NCBI RefSeq assembly: GCF_002113885.1
Contig: NW_018408820.1
Span: 1,145,654-1,209,309, forward strand
Reading direction: 5' to 3'
Source of the DNA: Mizuhopecten yessoensis
Lineage: Eukaryota
Length of the DNA: 63,656 nt
Position numbers and translations under genes: made by a program. Below are positions 12,901 to 26,335 of the stretch, piece after piece; positions within the stretch are counted from its first letter, which is position 1; the number at the start of each line of letters is the position of its first letter. Under the pieces are notes generated by a model, which saw only the letters and a list, made by a program, of their open reading frames with translations, did no database searches and was not told the DNA's origin.

Positions 12901-14620
12901 TTATGTTGAAATATAAAACATTGCAGAAGGACCACGCACCATTTATTACAAATGATGAATGCTTTTTACTATGACATTTATGGGCTGGACATCACCGATT
13001 ACACTTTGCTAAAAAAAAAACTTGGAACACTTTCATAATACAAAATTTAACACGTGCTTGCGATGTACATTTTTTTCAATCCTTGTACCACACACCCCAG
13101 TTCTATATTTTTAAAATAAGATTAATAAACACTGACCGGCTGCCATGGGTCGCCGTAGTTCTTCCATCATATATCAACTTGTACGTAACAATTATAATGC
13201 AAACATGCTTATTAATTATGATTATAATATCATTTGTTAATGGATTGTGATTTACTGGGACATGTCTCAAATATTTGAATCAAGATCTTATAAGATATTT
13301 ATTTATCCAGCAAAGGTAATTCCACCTTAAGCAGCATCTTCAAAGTATATGCTTAAATCTGGGACAGAACACAAGTTGTCTTATGAAAAATAAACTTGTC
13401 AAAGAAATACTTAGAGGATCTTGCATAAGGTCTAAATAATATTTTAGACGAGTCTTAGAACTAATAACTTTAGTTTATTAATTATTTAAGAAATAGAAGC
13501 GAATGTAACATTACTTGATCAAATAAACAAGGCGTGGTGCAAACTCATGCTGACTTGAAATCTGGAATATCGACAATATTGACTGCAACCCATACTTTGA
13601 CGTCACAATGAAATTCGCAAAGTGTGTCAACATGAAGTTCCGATTTTCTGATTGAAACAGTGGTAAACTACTGGAAGTAACAGCTCCGCTTTGTTGATTA
13701 AACCTGTGTTTATAATGATTCATTTTGATCGTGTTTTGACACCTATAACATACTACGCTATGTTATCTCTTTTCTCGCAAGGATGTCCTCAGTTACATAT
13801 TGAAAGAAACAATATTAACGGTGAAAACTTAAAAAAAAAAAATCAACCTACGCTTTCGTTAACTCAGGTCAAAGCGAGATTATTCAACATTTGATTTAGA
13901 CGACGTTTTGAGAAACCCTACACCTTATAACATGACAGGTATCCATTACTACACCTTATTACAAAAGCACGTGTCAGGTACCTATTGTCTAAATCCTTGT
14001 TTCTGCATGTTCGGAGAAAGAATAGGTCCCCTGGATCCACCTGCCTGCCGTAAAAGGCGGCACCTACTGTGGGCCCCTGCATAATTGGGATTCATTTCTT
14101 CTGCTTAGAAAACATTGAAGAACGTAAAAATTGATCTGAAGCAGACATTGCAACATTTGGGATATTTTAAGTTTCTCTCTACTTCCTAATATCCTTTTGT
14201 TTCTTAGTTCTCCGATTGACATTACCTCATTTTGGCCGTATCGTTCTCCCAAGTTGGTAAGGCAATCAGTTCTGTCCCCTGGCCTGTAAATAATATTCCC
14301 TGCAAAAACTTGCGGGTGGAATACATGTGTGGTGCTGGGTGTCTTCGGCATGGTGTTTCAGTGAGATAGCTCTATGAAGTCGGCTCAGATCCGCACTGGT
14401 TTCACCACAAGTACACTAAACACATGGCGCCGATAGGACGTTAAACCGTATACAATAGGAGTAAAATCTAAAATGTATAACATGTCAAGTACCTCAACCT
14501 GATCACCTTCCAAGCATCTATTTCATAAACCTCACATGTATTATATATTTCAAGTAGGCATTTCCTATATGAAGGTAGCCCGTACTTCGCAGAAATCATA
14601 CAGTTCTTCAGCAATGACTA

Positions 14621-14784
14621 ATCCGTCTTTGCGTATTGCAGAGTTATCTTCTCTTGTGAGCAGGGATTGATTGTTAGGTCATTGGTTTGTGTGAGAAAAT
14701 TACGTCGTTTTCTCAAAAATTGATGACGTAACAATCACTACCTGCTCACAAGAGAAGATAACTCTGCAGTACGCAAAGACGGTA
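14621..14784. mobile_element. Foldback MITE family A, copy 3 (internally deleted)
   Basis: Same TIR sequence as the other copies; termini slightly diverged. Confidence 0.88.
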
Positions 14785-15124
14785 TACTTACTTCAAGATT
14801 ATGAATTAAAGTTATTATTTTGTCTATATCAGTTCGGTTTGCCAAGCTAAAGAAACATCCCAGAAATGTTAACCATCCAATATATAAAGATTAAGAGTGC
14901 GTCAGAATTTATTTAGTATTACCATCAGGTACTAGACTTGTTGAAGTGATACACGTTTCTCGGCGGTAAGATTTGAAGATCAAAGTAAACATTCGAAATG
15001 GCGTAGGACGTTAACGGTAAACGTTACTGAAAAAAAGTGAAGACATCAAATTCATTGGAATGAAATTTCCTATCGACGGCACAATGAATTTGAAAACCAA
15101 ATATAGACCTTATTACCATCATAT

Positions 15125-15482
15125 GGAGGCACGGTGGTCTAATGGTAGGACGCCGGGCTCGTGACCGAAGGGTTGTGGGTTCGAGTCGCGGAACGGCACT
15201 GTGTTGTATCTTTGAGCAAGATGCTTTACTCTCATCTTGTTCCAGTCTACTCAGCTGTAAAAGAGTACGTGGGTTGGCAGTGCTAGAATTGTAGAATGCT
15301 AGCTATGAGCGCCGAAATGGCAGCACCGGCTGTATGCTCCCCAGGGAGTTGAAAAAGATGTTGACAGTTTGCAAAGGCCCTATAACTATGGATAATGATT
15401 TGTAAACCGCTTTGAGACGATCTACGAACTAGGTTGTGATAAGGCGGTATATAAGAACCTCGAGTTATTATTATTATTATTA
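15125..15482 (+). mobile_element. tRNA-derived CORE-like SINE, copy 2
   Basis: Co-linear with 4339-4692; A and B boxes and (TTA)n tail present. Confidence 0.88.
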
Positions 15483-16233
15483 ATTATATATCAATTTCTT
15501 AAACCTTTCATGTATAACATATCAGGTACCATTTCTCTTAACATTATATCATGTAAGGTACCCAATTCTTTAACTTTATAACATATCAAGTACTTTGATA
15601 AAACATTGGTAATATTTAAATGCCAAATTATTTGGGGGGGGGGGGGGGGGGTGTAGTTTGTGTATTGTGTGTGACGTCATCAGTTTCGCATTACCTACGA
15701 AATTATCTCCCCTGTTTCAGCCTTTTGCTTCTGATTTCAGGTATTCTTTCCAGGACTTTCTCACCAATGCTTCGTCGACCTTACAAAAAAAGCTATTAAT
15801 AGTAACATGGAAGCCGAATTAGAAAGGCTGTGGAAAGACCATTCATAGTTTGACCAATGAGATTTGAGCAGCTAAATGCAACGACCAATCAGATTTGAGC
15901 AGATATATGCATCGACCAATCAGATTTGAGCAACGATATACAACACACGATTCTGTTATCAAGTTATTCCCTAAGTTTGATTTGACTGATTAATTGTTAG
16001 CATTGATTTAGAAGAAAAAGAAAAAGAAAACAAACGTTTTAGTTGGAAAATACCAAACTCTTTTTGTTACTAGTTATCTATAAACACGTTACATGCACTT
16101 CAGCTAAAGATGTAGACCTCGCTCAGTGTTACGTGAAAATCTGCGAAAATAATGACGGAAATTATAACGGAAAATCGGATTTCCAATTTAGACAAACAAA
16201 ATAACAAAACAAAATCGTATACTGTTAATATTA

Positions 16234-16566
16234 TCAGTGTGCGTCACCATGTAGATGAGACAAGAAGACTAGTTTAATACTTTGATGTACATTAAAAGAA
16301 TTGCTCGGTCGCGTAACGGTAAAATTGACTGGCTTTGTAGTTGAGTGTCGCATCTCTGTACTCATTTTGTACATTGTAATGTATGTGAGGAAACCAATAA
16401 ACTTGAAATTTGTAATCTTCAAATGCCCAGGTATCGATTGGTCAGATTTTTTTCTTCTACCCGAGACCGATCAAATTGCTAGCCGCGTGCATTCAATTTT
16501 GCTTTGACATATTCCAGGGGTACAGAGAGCGTATAAGTGAAGGTACCCCCTAGAATATCGAGGATG
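16234..16566. mobile_element. MITE family B (TIR CATCCTCGATACTCCAGGGG...), partial copy
   Basis: Ends in ...GACATATTCCAGGGG...TATCGAGGATG, homologous to the complete copy at 52240-52598. Confidence 0.7.
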
Positions 16567-16729
16567 CTTTGTCATCATGCACCAGGTCAAAATATAGGCC
16601 TTCTACCACCTCCGACCCGCTCTGGAAAGAGCTTCCCAGTCATTTTCAATACGTTCATCAGATATTTATCACTAAGCTATGCTGTGCTAGTGTTCATGTT
16701 TTGTTTAGGACAGGAGATTAGCAATAGGC

Positions 16730-17310
16730 GGTAGGATTGATATTTGTGACAAGGCACTTGGATTGGTCCATGTGACTGGCAGGTGACAATAGCTGAGCAG
16801 GATTGATCTATGTTGCAGGAACATAACAAAAGTCGATGGGGTTGATATCATTGTGAAAGAAGGGTGACAATAGTCGTAGGGATTGATATCATTGTGACAG
16901 GAGGGTGACACTAGTCGGTAGGTTATATATCATTGTGACAAAAGGGTGACATTAGTCGTAGAGATTGACATCATTGTGACAGAAGGGTGACAATATTCGG
17001 TGGGGTTGATATCATTGTGACGGCAGGGTGACAATAGTCGGTAGGTTATATATCATTGTGACAAAAGGGTGACATTAGTCGTAGGGATTGACATCAATGT
17101 GACAGGAGGGTGACAATAGTCGATGGGGTTGATATCATTGTGACAGGAGAGTGACAAAAGTCGGTAGGTTACATATCATTGTGACAGGAGGGTGACAATA
17201 GTCGGTGGGGTTGATATCATTGTGACAGGAGGGTGACAATTGTCGATGGGGTTGATATCATTGTGACAGGAGAGTGACAAAAGTCGGTTGGATTGAAATC
17301 ATTGTGAAAG
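16730..17310. repeat. 40-41-bp minisatellite (GGGTGACAATAGTCGGTGGGGTTGATATCATTGTGACAGGA)
   Basis: About 13-14 visible tandem units. Confidence 0.9.
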
Positions 17311-17519
17311 GATAGCTTAGTCATGTCACGTGACACATCAGTTGCAACATCAGTCATGTGAAATAACCATCAAACATATGATCAGCATAACAAACAACAC
17401 ACCAGTCATGTGATACAACACAAAACAACACACCAGTCATGTGATACAACACACCAGTACTATTTTCTACAAAAGAGGACGAATCACGACATATTGTTGA
17501 CAAAAAGTGGACAAAATGC

Positions 17520-17660
17520 GACCTGATGTTAGCGTGTGGGAGTCTTAGTGTGGGAGGAAACCGGAGTACCCGGAGAAAACCCACGTGGTTTGGCAGGTGA
17601 CCCCAACCTTTTCACGTCCGAAAGGCAAGTGCGCTATCCACTGCACAACCCTACCACCCT
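17520..17660 (-). mobile_element. SINE fragment with V-domain-like motif
   Basis: The minus strand reads GGGTTTTCTCCGGGTACTCCGGTTTCCTCCCAC; a related copy lies at 46550-46710. Confidence 0.7.
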
Positions 17661-17844
17661 CTGAGTGACGTAGTACTGCATTAAAATAAAAACACCTTTC
17701 AGTTCAAACAAGGACGCAACACCACCTGTTACAACACCTTCCAGAGCACCAACACACATACTTCCTACACGAAAACATTGTAAATATGCTGTGAATTTTA
17801 TATTGTAAATAACGTATGTTGTAACTATTTATTGTTTGTAAATA

Positions 17845-18370
17845 TGTTTATGCATAAGGTTATTAAGGAAAGTGAAAATATATGATTAAAAAGAGCAGAA
17901 AAAGAGGAGAAAAGAAAAGAAAGGAGAAAAATAAACAACGAAACAGCGTCGCCGAGAGAGAGAATACCTGAAATCAGAAGGTAAAAATAGAAACAATGGG
18001 ATCTAATTCCATTTTGTATCATTCGAAATATACTCTACTCATCCCTATGATCTCTTCTGTCTTTCAAAACTTTTTTTTCTTTTTTTCTTCTATGTTCCTT
18101 GTTTTCATACAATTATTTTGATTGGCATATGTCGCTATCACTATCAATGTAATATTATAGTTGAGGAGAAGGCTTCAATAATTTGTTATAACTTGTTCCC
18201 AATCCATTTGATTATATCAATAAAATATGTTTAAATCAAATCTAATTCCGTCAGAATGACGTCACACGCAATATCCACATCTATTGGAAACAGGGAGAGA
18301 TTATTCAGTCTGTAACACTAAACTGATGACGTCACAGAAATACACACATCGATGATAGTGACGTCACGTT
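17845..18370. repeat. Dispersed direct repeat, copy A (AAGAGCAGAAAAAGAGGAG...CAGCGTCGCCGAGAGAGAG...TGACGTCAC)
   Basis: Homologous to 20176-20517 and 20567-20785, with an inverted partial copy at about 15660-15750. It is interrupted by a LINE tail at 18011-18239. Confidence 0.8.
18011..18239 (+). mobile_element. Short LINE 3'-end insertion with a 10-bp TSD
   Basis: TSD ATCTAATTCC at 18001-18010 and 18240-18249; the tail is homologous to the LINE end at about 11582-11660. Confidence 0.8.
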
Positions 18371-18415
18371 CGACGACTGTGACGTCATCTTAAGCTACCC
18401 CATGGTGAACACTTT

Positions 18416-18724
18416 GACCTAGTTGAATTCGTTTCTGCCGGACCTAAGAACTACGCGTACCGCACAAACAAAAACAACACTACGTGTAAGGTCAGGGGAT
18501 TTTCCCTGAACGTACAAAACGACAGGACTGTCAACTTCTCTGTGATGAAAGACATTGTATTGTCGGACCGCGGTAGAGTCACAAAAACAGTAGACGACAA
18601 AATAATGAGGGATCAGAGGACATTTGCGCTGTACAACGAAACGCGTACCAAATTGTATAGATTCGTATATACTAAAAGGGTCATTGACCCCCACAGCTTA
18701 AACACGTATCCGTACGGTTATTAA
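18416..18724 (+). mobile_element. C-terminal fragment of a protein-primed family-B DNA polymerase (Polinton/Maverick/adintovirus type)
   Basis: Stop-free frame DLVEFVSAGPKNYAYRT...CKVRGFSLN...VNFSVMKDIV...KLYRFVYTKRVID...TYPYGY*. EFVSxGPKNYAY, CKVRGFxLN and KR...T.PYGY are hallmark Polinton pPolB motifs. Confidence 0.85.
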
Positions 18725-19082
18725 GTAAAGAGCTGTGTTCACTCCTTTTTTCGTTACAGGTGCTACATCTGAATCAAAATCGGCGACACTCTTTACTTTG
18801 CGAATCGATTAAGGACCCCTGTACTATCTTTGTAAACCACTTGTACTACAGAGGGACCAAAAGTAACTCTTATACTTTTATTTTCACTTTGTGTTATGAC
18901 GTCACACTAACGGATAGTTGACACGACACATTTGTATTTCATTCTAAAGATGATAACAATTAACGTTATGTAAAAAATAAAATTGTATTTGAATAATACA
19001 CATATTTCTTTCAGTTCTTTATGATAAGCTTAAGATCATCAAAATAAAGGAGAAGCTTTGTATTTCTGAAGAATTTTCCAGA

Positions 19083-19945
19083 TTACACTAACATGTTTGC
19101 AATCTCCAGACGTTTTGCCAAGGCAACTTGTCCCGTAGAGTTGTCTTCTGCTGGTGGACAGCAGGTATCATCTGGCATATCAAACTCTTCGTCATCATAA
19201 GATTCATTCTGTAGAATGAAATTGTGTAGTATACAGCATGCTACAATGACATTAGGGATTTCATTCTGCAAGTGCATGTCAAGAAATTGCAGCCTCCTGA
19301 ATTTACATTTAAGGAGGCCAAATGCACGCTCAATATCAACTCTTGTTGAGGAGTGAATCTTGTTGTATTTCTTTTCAATATGACTAAGATGCCCATTGTC
19401 ACGAAATGGCACCAGCAAGTTTACTGACAGGGGATAGGCCGAGTCTCCCAGGATATGCTGGTTCGGTGGCAATGATGGAAGTTTCGCCAGATTCGTGCAT
19501 CATGAACTGACCCTGGCCAACCAGCATAAACATCCCGGAAGACAAGGTTGCTGTCACAAACAGTCTGTAGCTGGATGCTTGGAAGCCTTTCCTGTTAATA
19601 TAGGAATCCCTGTGTGTAGAAGGCCCAGGGATAGGTATGTGTGTCCCATCCATAGCACCAACCACACCAGGAAAACCTAATCTGTTAAAAAAAACCATCA
19701 GCAACATACTTCAGTTCTGCAGCAGTAGAGGGCCAGACTATGAATTTCTTCTGTTGAGCAACTATTGCTTCAACCACACTGAGAACATTTTCATGCAACG
19801 AACTCTTGCTGAAGCCGAAGCGGTCAGCCACACTTCTGTAACACTCCTTATTGCCAAGCAACCATAATGATGCAAGAATTTTCATTTCCAAGCAAATACT
19901 CCTCTCTGGGATATTATGTACCAAATCACCACACAGTGCCTGCAA
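19083..19945 (-). pseudogene. PIF/Harbinger transposase (HARBI1-like DDE nuclease), frameshifted
   Basis: Motifs spread over several frames: YRSVADRFG, GVVGAMDGTHIPI, YINRKGF, GDSAYPL, HSSTRVDIERAFGLLK.KFR, ACCILHNF. Confidence 0.9.
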
Positions 19946-20175
19946 AAATATGGAATCAGTATTGTTTGCTTTTGTTCAGTCTATGAGCAATCAAGTTTAA
20001 TGCAGGAATTGATCTTGAACATTTAATGATATTTATAAATCTGTTTACTATGCCCAGCTATTTGTGTTTTTTACCCAACAATTAAGAAAATTTGGAGATA
20101 TCTTTATTTGACAGAGAAAGATATCTCTATTTGAATACAAACTTCTCAAATCATACCTTCATTTGTAATCTGTCA

Positions 20176-20785
20176 TGAAATTACATGATTAAAAAAAGAG
20201 CAGAAAAAGAGGAGAAAAGAAAAGAGAAATAACCCCAAAGAAACAGCGTCGCCGAGAGAGAGAGCAGCTAAAATACATTCAACTTTTAGCAAACCAATAT
20301 CAAATCGCATGTCCGTCAAGCATCACAGAGATAGAGACCATCCATGGAAGCAATATCTAAAATCAGAAGGAAAAAGTCAGAAACAAGGGGAGTTAACTCC
20401 GTCAAAATGACGTCACACTAAATATACACACCTATTGGAAACAGGGGGAGATAATTCAGTCGGTAACACTAAAATTGATAACGTCACACGCAAAAAAACA
20501 CATGATGAAGTGACGTAGATCTGGGGCCGTAGGTTAAGGGGGTTGCTAAGGCGCCATCTTTGATCCATGTTTTATGCATAAGATTATTAAGGAAAATAAA
20601 ATTACATAAAGAGAAAAAAAACCAAACAACGTCGACGAGAGAGAAAGAGCAGCTAAAATACATTCAACTTTTAGCAAACCAATATCAAATCGCATGTCCG
20701 TCAAGCATCACAGAGATAGAGACCATCCATGGAAGCAATACCTAAAATCAGAAGGTAAAAAGTCAGAAACAAGGGGAGTTAATTC
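20176..20785. repeat. Dispersed direct repeat, copies B (20176-20517) and C (20567-20785)
   Basis: B and C share a near-identical block of about 145 bp (GAGCAGCTAAAATACATTC...GAAACAAGGGGAGTTAA) and both match copy A. Confidence 0.85.
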
Positions 20786-21489
20786 CTAGTCAGCAGTTAG
20801 TGGCTAGTATTTTGCCAGGGCGACACTCATATAGGAAAATAGGAAGGAGCTTTATAAGCACGTATGACTACAGTTACGTTCATCAATATTATTTAAGAAG
20901 GATAGATGGTCATAGAGAGGCTTGCGGAAGTAGGAAGATGTTCAAAATAGATTTGTCACACAGATGTCGATACCGGACCTAACATTGAACCAAAACAAGC
21001 TATCAGCTGGTAACATTCCCATAGCTTATGCTGAAATACATTTCAAGTTTTGTCACAGCAGAATTGTTTATCAACAGTCTTACCGAAATAGAACTTGAGT
21101 TCAAATCACAAATACTGACCTCCACGATCATACATTTATGAGTCAATGTACAGTATATAAACCTGATCATAAACTGCATTCTTATCGTAGAATCGTAACC
21201 CCTTTTCAGTAGGATTGCTGCGTACGGTTGGCAAACAGGTAAAACAGAAACAAATGTAAGTATAGCTCTTTCGCTTAAGTACTCGAAACCCATATCATAC
21301 CTGCCTTTCCATAGTATTACATGTAGAAATCTATATCTTAAAACTGCGTACTTAACTCCTCATACACCAGTAACTATAAGTGCATATATACCTTGAAACC
21401 ATGCCAGTCCTCACTGCAGGGAAAACACTAGAGAATTCCGCTGTTGTTTCTTCCTACATATCCCTACATGTTATTTTAGATATAACTGT

Positions 21490-21700
21490 TGCTTGATTGG
21501 CCATGCTACTGATCTGGTGACAGTATAAGGATCTACGCTTCGACACCTGGTCTGGCGCTGGTGTACTTTCACATTCAGAACATTTTGTATGAGTATTTTC
21601 AAAGGTCCCGCAACGTATGCTTTTCTTTACATAAGTTATTTATCAAAGTTAAAGTAAAGCCGATAAAGAGATTTCCAATGAAGAGTTATATATTTTCAGC
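21490..21700 (+). promoter_or_regulatory. Putative core promoter and short 5'-UTR exon/intron of the carboxylesterase gene
   Basis: ATTGG (CCAAT box) at about 21496, TATAA at about 21524, candidate donor GTATGA at about 21587, and acceptor TTTTCAG ending 1 nt before the ATG. Confidence 0.4.
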
Positions 21701-23959
21701 ATGGCGAACTATCCTCTTGTAGTCCTCTTAATGACATTCATATCCTCCACACGAGGTCTAGAGGTAAAACGTATCCACACCAAGCTCGGAGACATCGTGG
21801 GAGTAGTTGAACACGTTCGAAACGAGAAAGTATACCAGTTCCGGAATATTCCGTACGCCGAACCACCCACTGGAGCTCTGAGGTTCACCAAACCGGAAGC
21901 AAGGCGAGCCTGGCCTGGTACCCTCGACGCAACGCGATTTGGACCATCATGCATGCAGATATTACTGCCCGCGTATAATAAATTCTTGCCAAATTTAAAC
22001 CAATCAGAGGACTGTTTACTTTTAAATATTTACGTGCCACGTGATATGTCTCAGAGTTCCAACAGATCGGTAATGGTATGGATCCATGGCGGCAGCTACA
22101 TCTTCGGCCAAGGAATGTTGTATGATGGGTCTTACCTTGCTCTAACTGGTGACGTTGTCGTGGTTACGATCAACTACCGGCTCGGTGTGTTCGGATTCCT
22201 CAGCACATCTTCTACGGGAGGATTGCGCGGGAACTATGGACTCTGGGATCAGCACATGGCACTACAGTGGGTGAAGGACAATATAGCAGCTTTTGGGGGA
22301 AATCCTAATTCTGTGACAATATTTGGGGAGTCTGCTGGAGGTTTCAGCGTTTCACTCCAAGCAATAATTCCACAAAATCAAGGTCTGTTTCAAAGAGTTA
22401 TTGCACAGAGCGGAAACGCCGTATCAAGGTTTGCTTACTCTAGTTTGAGTAATATGCATAGCGTCGCAAAGCTTCTTGGTATAAATGTTGGATGCGCAAA
22501 CGCTTCTGGTATCCCTGCAACATACAAAGGGTGTATGCGTGGAAAATCTGCGCAGGATTTACTTGCGGCACAAAATACAGAGAGTATACTCACTCTTCAG
22601 CCTCTCAAATTGGACATCATATTGGGACCGGTCGTCGATTATGATTTGCTTCAGTCATCGCCAGATAACTTACTTAAGAACAAGAGAACTGCAAGTTCTC
22701 AATTCTTTCGAAGCCTCGACTTTATGACTGGAAATGTAAATGCAGAAGGTTCGCTTTTCCTGAATGCATTGAAAAGCATATCCAATTACAAGAAATTCAA
22801 CATGTCTGACGGAATACCAACGGATGTGTTCTGTGGTTACATCGTTCCGGCTTTTGTAAACGCCTACTTCGGCTCTCAAGTAAACAGCACTTTACCGAGT
22901 GACCTGATATGCTCCTTGTACGGAACCACGGAGGAAGGCCTAGAAGGGGACAATGCTATAGACGTCTACTCAGATGTGTTTTTCATCGCGCCGGCAATAC
23001 AATCCCTCATGACACATTCCGAAGACAATGTCCAAACCTCGTCATATCAGTACATATTTAAACGTCCAGCGCCCGGTCCAAAGTTCCAAGCGTATCCGCC
23101 GTGGTGGCGAAACGACTCATCAGCTCATGGCTCCGAAGTTGTGTTCTTGTTCGGTCTCGAAGATTATCCAACCAAATTAAACATTAGCGTGAGCCCCACT
23201 GATTTGAGCCTGTCAAAAACTATGCTTAAGTATTGGACAAACTTCGCAAAAACAGGGTATGTTGTTTTCTGTTGTAAAAAAAGACAAAGTAATGAGCACA
23301 TCAAAACCCGTCAAACCCTGGCTCAGCCAAAATAGCAGATTCAAAATATATACAATAGCCCAACATTATATATCATCTTTATTTACATATGATGATAATA
23401 GCAGGAACGGGATTGAACTCTTCTGACAACGTCATCGGGGTTCGAGTATCAATCTGTAGTTAGCATAGGTTACTCAAGATCTCTTAATGAAACCTCACTT
23501 AACGGTCTTTCAACCCTTATCTAGTATATAAAGGGATTATATGGAAGTTACTTTCTCCACTAGTTGGGAAATGTACGTATGAAGTTTTCATTGATGAAAT
23601 CATCTTTTCATGTGATTTTCGAAATTTTAGATTTATAAGTTGTATACATTTGTGAGATTTGCATGATACTAATTAATCTTGGTTGGTAGAGTTATACTTA
23701 CATAAAAAAAAGCCTGCTGACAGTCTTGCAACACCCTGAAAGTGCTAATAACAAAGGTCTTCATGTTTTCCCCAGGAACCCTAACTCTAACGACGTACCA
23801 GTGTGGGGTGCCTATGACGTAGTACAACAGAGTTATATAGACCTAAATACAACGATCACATCAGGTCGACATCTGTACGGAGAATGGATCAATCTATGGT
23901 TAGAACGACTACCAAAACTATTCGATACCTCAAACCCCGGCGGTGCCATTGGGAAATAG
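21701..23959 (+). CDS. Type-B carboxylesterase/cholinesterase-family hydrolase, predicted secreted, about 579 aa
   Basis: Exons 21701-23256 and 23776-23959 (GG|gtatgt...cag|G gives WTNFAKTGNPN). Signal peptide, SEDCLLLNIY, WIHGGS oxyanion loop, GESAG nucleophile Ser, acidic residue in GNVNAEG, and His in AHGSE. Confidence 0.93.
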
Positions 23960-24779
23960 TATCTTCATTCATTGTTACTTACTCTTAAATAAAACACTGG
24001 CATTAAAGAATGTACAAATATATATGTTTCTTATTTGTCGACGTTTAAAAAAGGAGAAGGGAACAAAGCAAACATCTTGTTTGAAAATATATCAACGAAC
24101 AATATTGTTTGTATATAAAGTTTCGATTTGCTTGCAAAATATTTGGTTGATCGAGATTTCATGATGGCTGAAGGAGGACCTAAATAGTATTTTACAATCT
24201 ACGAGATAAAGAGAAATAAGACCATTATAATATAATGAGCTGGATATATGGAAGTAGGTCAGATGTCCATAAATATCATAGAAATGGAGCTCCAGTTAGA
24301 GACGCAAAACAGCAACTCTAAAATAGGGAAATCCCAGTAGATAGAGAAAATAGGACAGAGACTGATAAAGGAGACCGAATGAGGAAAGTAAAAAGCACCT
24401 AGACATAGAGAAGAATGACAGATGGTAAATATGGACGTAGAAAGGAAATCCGGACAGAGAAATATGGCGGAAGAGCAAACAAAGGGAGTTTGAAAGAAGA
24501 TGAAGGAAAATACAAAGGAGCTATATAAGGAAGTAAGACGGACAGAGACGTGTATACTACATGGCTTAATATGTCTCTGCCCCGGTTTCAGCCTTAATGT
24601 TGTTTGGGATATTCCGTCAATTTGTGTGTCAGTTTTTATTGCAGGCTCCCTTAATTTAATTTCCAATTTAGTTTTATTAACTTCATTTCTGAAGCCTAGC
24701 CGATTAAATCCTGGTCAGCTTTTACCCATAAACTAGTTATTGGTTAGTTGAAATGTGAACTCTGGAGACATACAAATAA

Positions 24780-25946
24780 AAAAATAAGTACAAAGACCTG
24801 AAACACCACATTCAGAGAAAGCTCATCATCAACACAGAAAAGACAACAAATGAAAACAACTTGACCAGTAAAAAAGTTCTGGTCATATATAAAATCCAGA
24901 CGATCAGACCATAGTGGAAAATCTCCCCTGAAAAGGGACGGTTAGCTAGTGCAAAACCCTACCAGCAAGGTCCGGTTGTACCGGTCGGACCACAGTTGTT
25001 CGTTTATTAAATACGGTCGGACCTAGCAATCTGATGCTGCTTTCGGACAAGCATTGACAAAGCCTTGCAATGCCTGCATAAACATTTGCAGGTCCGCCAG
25101 GTTTTATACCCGAAAATTTTACAATTAAAAAACAAACAGGCCCTAGGTACTAAACGCACAATTCCAATCTGCATTTACTCCCTCTGAAATCTTCACTGAC
25201 CAGCAGCTTCAAACCAGGTTTAACATGCTCAAGATTCATATACTACCATGCCTGAAATTGTTATCCATGAAAGAGGTGTCGTAAAACTCCTCCAAGGCCT
25301 AAATCCATACAAGGCATCAGGCACTGATCATGGCGACATCAAACCTAGGGTCCCGAAAGAGCTCGCAACAGATCATAGAAATAGCCCTGATCTTAACTCT
25401 GATATTCAAACAGTCATTGGTAAAGTCACTCTGGATTGGAAATTTGCCAATGTGTCACCTGTATATAAAAAAGTTCAAAATCCAATCAAAAAAACTATTG
25501 GCCAATATCTCTAACCTGTATTTGTAGCAAAATAATGGAACATATAGTGATCTCCAATACCATCGACGCATGCACGATACCATGTTTTATGATATTGTCA
25601 ATATTAAAGTTGCTGTTGCAAAATCTGACAGACTTATTCCCCCTTGTCAGAAAATCCAGGGATGGAAACGAGCTCCCTTTCCAAATTCCTTTCTCCAAAA
25701 CTCTGTCTAGAAAAGAAACTTTCTTCCCTCGAACTGTATCCGAGTGGAATAAACTCCCTCCTGATACTGTATCTAGATCTAGACTGGCAACAAATTCTTT
25801 TAAATTAAGCCTCTACCGTCACTTTGCAAAAACAAACTAAAGTCCTCCTGTCAACACCTTTCCTCTTCCCATCTAAACCCTCCTCTGACATTAATCTTCA
25901 AATTGTTGAAGCTGGTCAGTACCCTGTAGAAGAAAAAGTAGAAGAA
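24780..25946 (+). mobile_element. Degenerate, internally deleted LINE (CR1-group), interrupted by a MITE at about 24963-25145
   Basis: KKFWSYIKS; LNPYKASG; DWKFANVSPVYKK; PISLTCICSKIMEHI; then a jump to C-terminal FFPRTVSEWNKLP and a (GAA)-like tail. Confidence 0.8.
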
Positions 25947-26335
25947 CTAAATTAATAAGCCTGACGCATTCATTCATCTATAGATCTATATTATTATTTA
26001 ATTTATTTATCACGAAACGATAATAACTGATAATTTTATTAAAACAAAATTCCAAAATATTGATAAATAAATTCTCACCACTTACGATGCCGTGCCATAG
26101 ATTAGAATTGATTGAGGTTTGACATGCGAAGTAGTTTTTATATATCCTAAAAACGACCGATGAAACAGATCGGATCGATCTCCTAAAGGTAAGCAACGCA
26201 CTTGTATTTCCTAATCATTTGTGCGCTTGTATGAAATGGAAACCAGAATAACGTACTATCAAGCGCCTTAGCAACGTGCTTTGTTTAAATATGGTTGCCT
26301 GTTACATCCTGTACACATAGCATACCTGAAACGTC

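Noticed and set aside
19083-19945. Possible domesticated HARBI1 gene
   Set aside because: The catalytic region is broken by several frameshifts or deletions that are not explained by introns.
23257-23335. C-terminal extension of the carboxylesterase ORF (YVVFCCKKRQ...)
   Set aside because: This is intron read-through. Splicing at 23256 to 23776 restores the conserved FAKTGNPN motif.
24259-24736. Hydrophobic 135-aa minus-strand ORF and overlapping ORFs
   Set aside because: They are a by-product of a purine-rich low-complexity plus strand, with no recognisable domain or splice structure.
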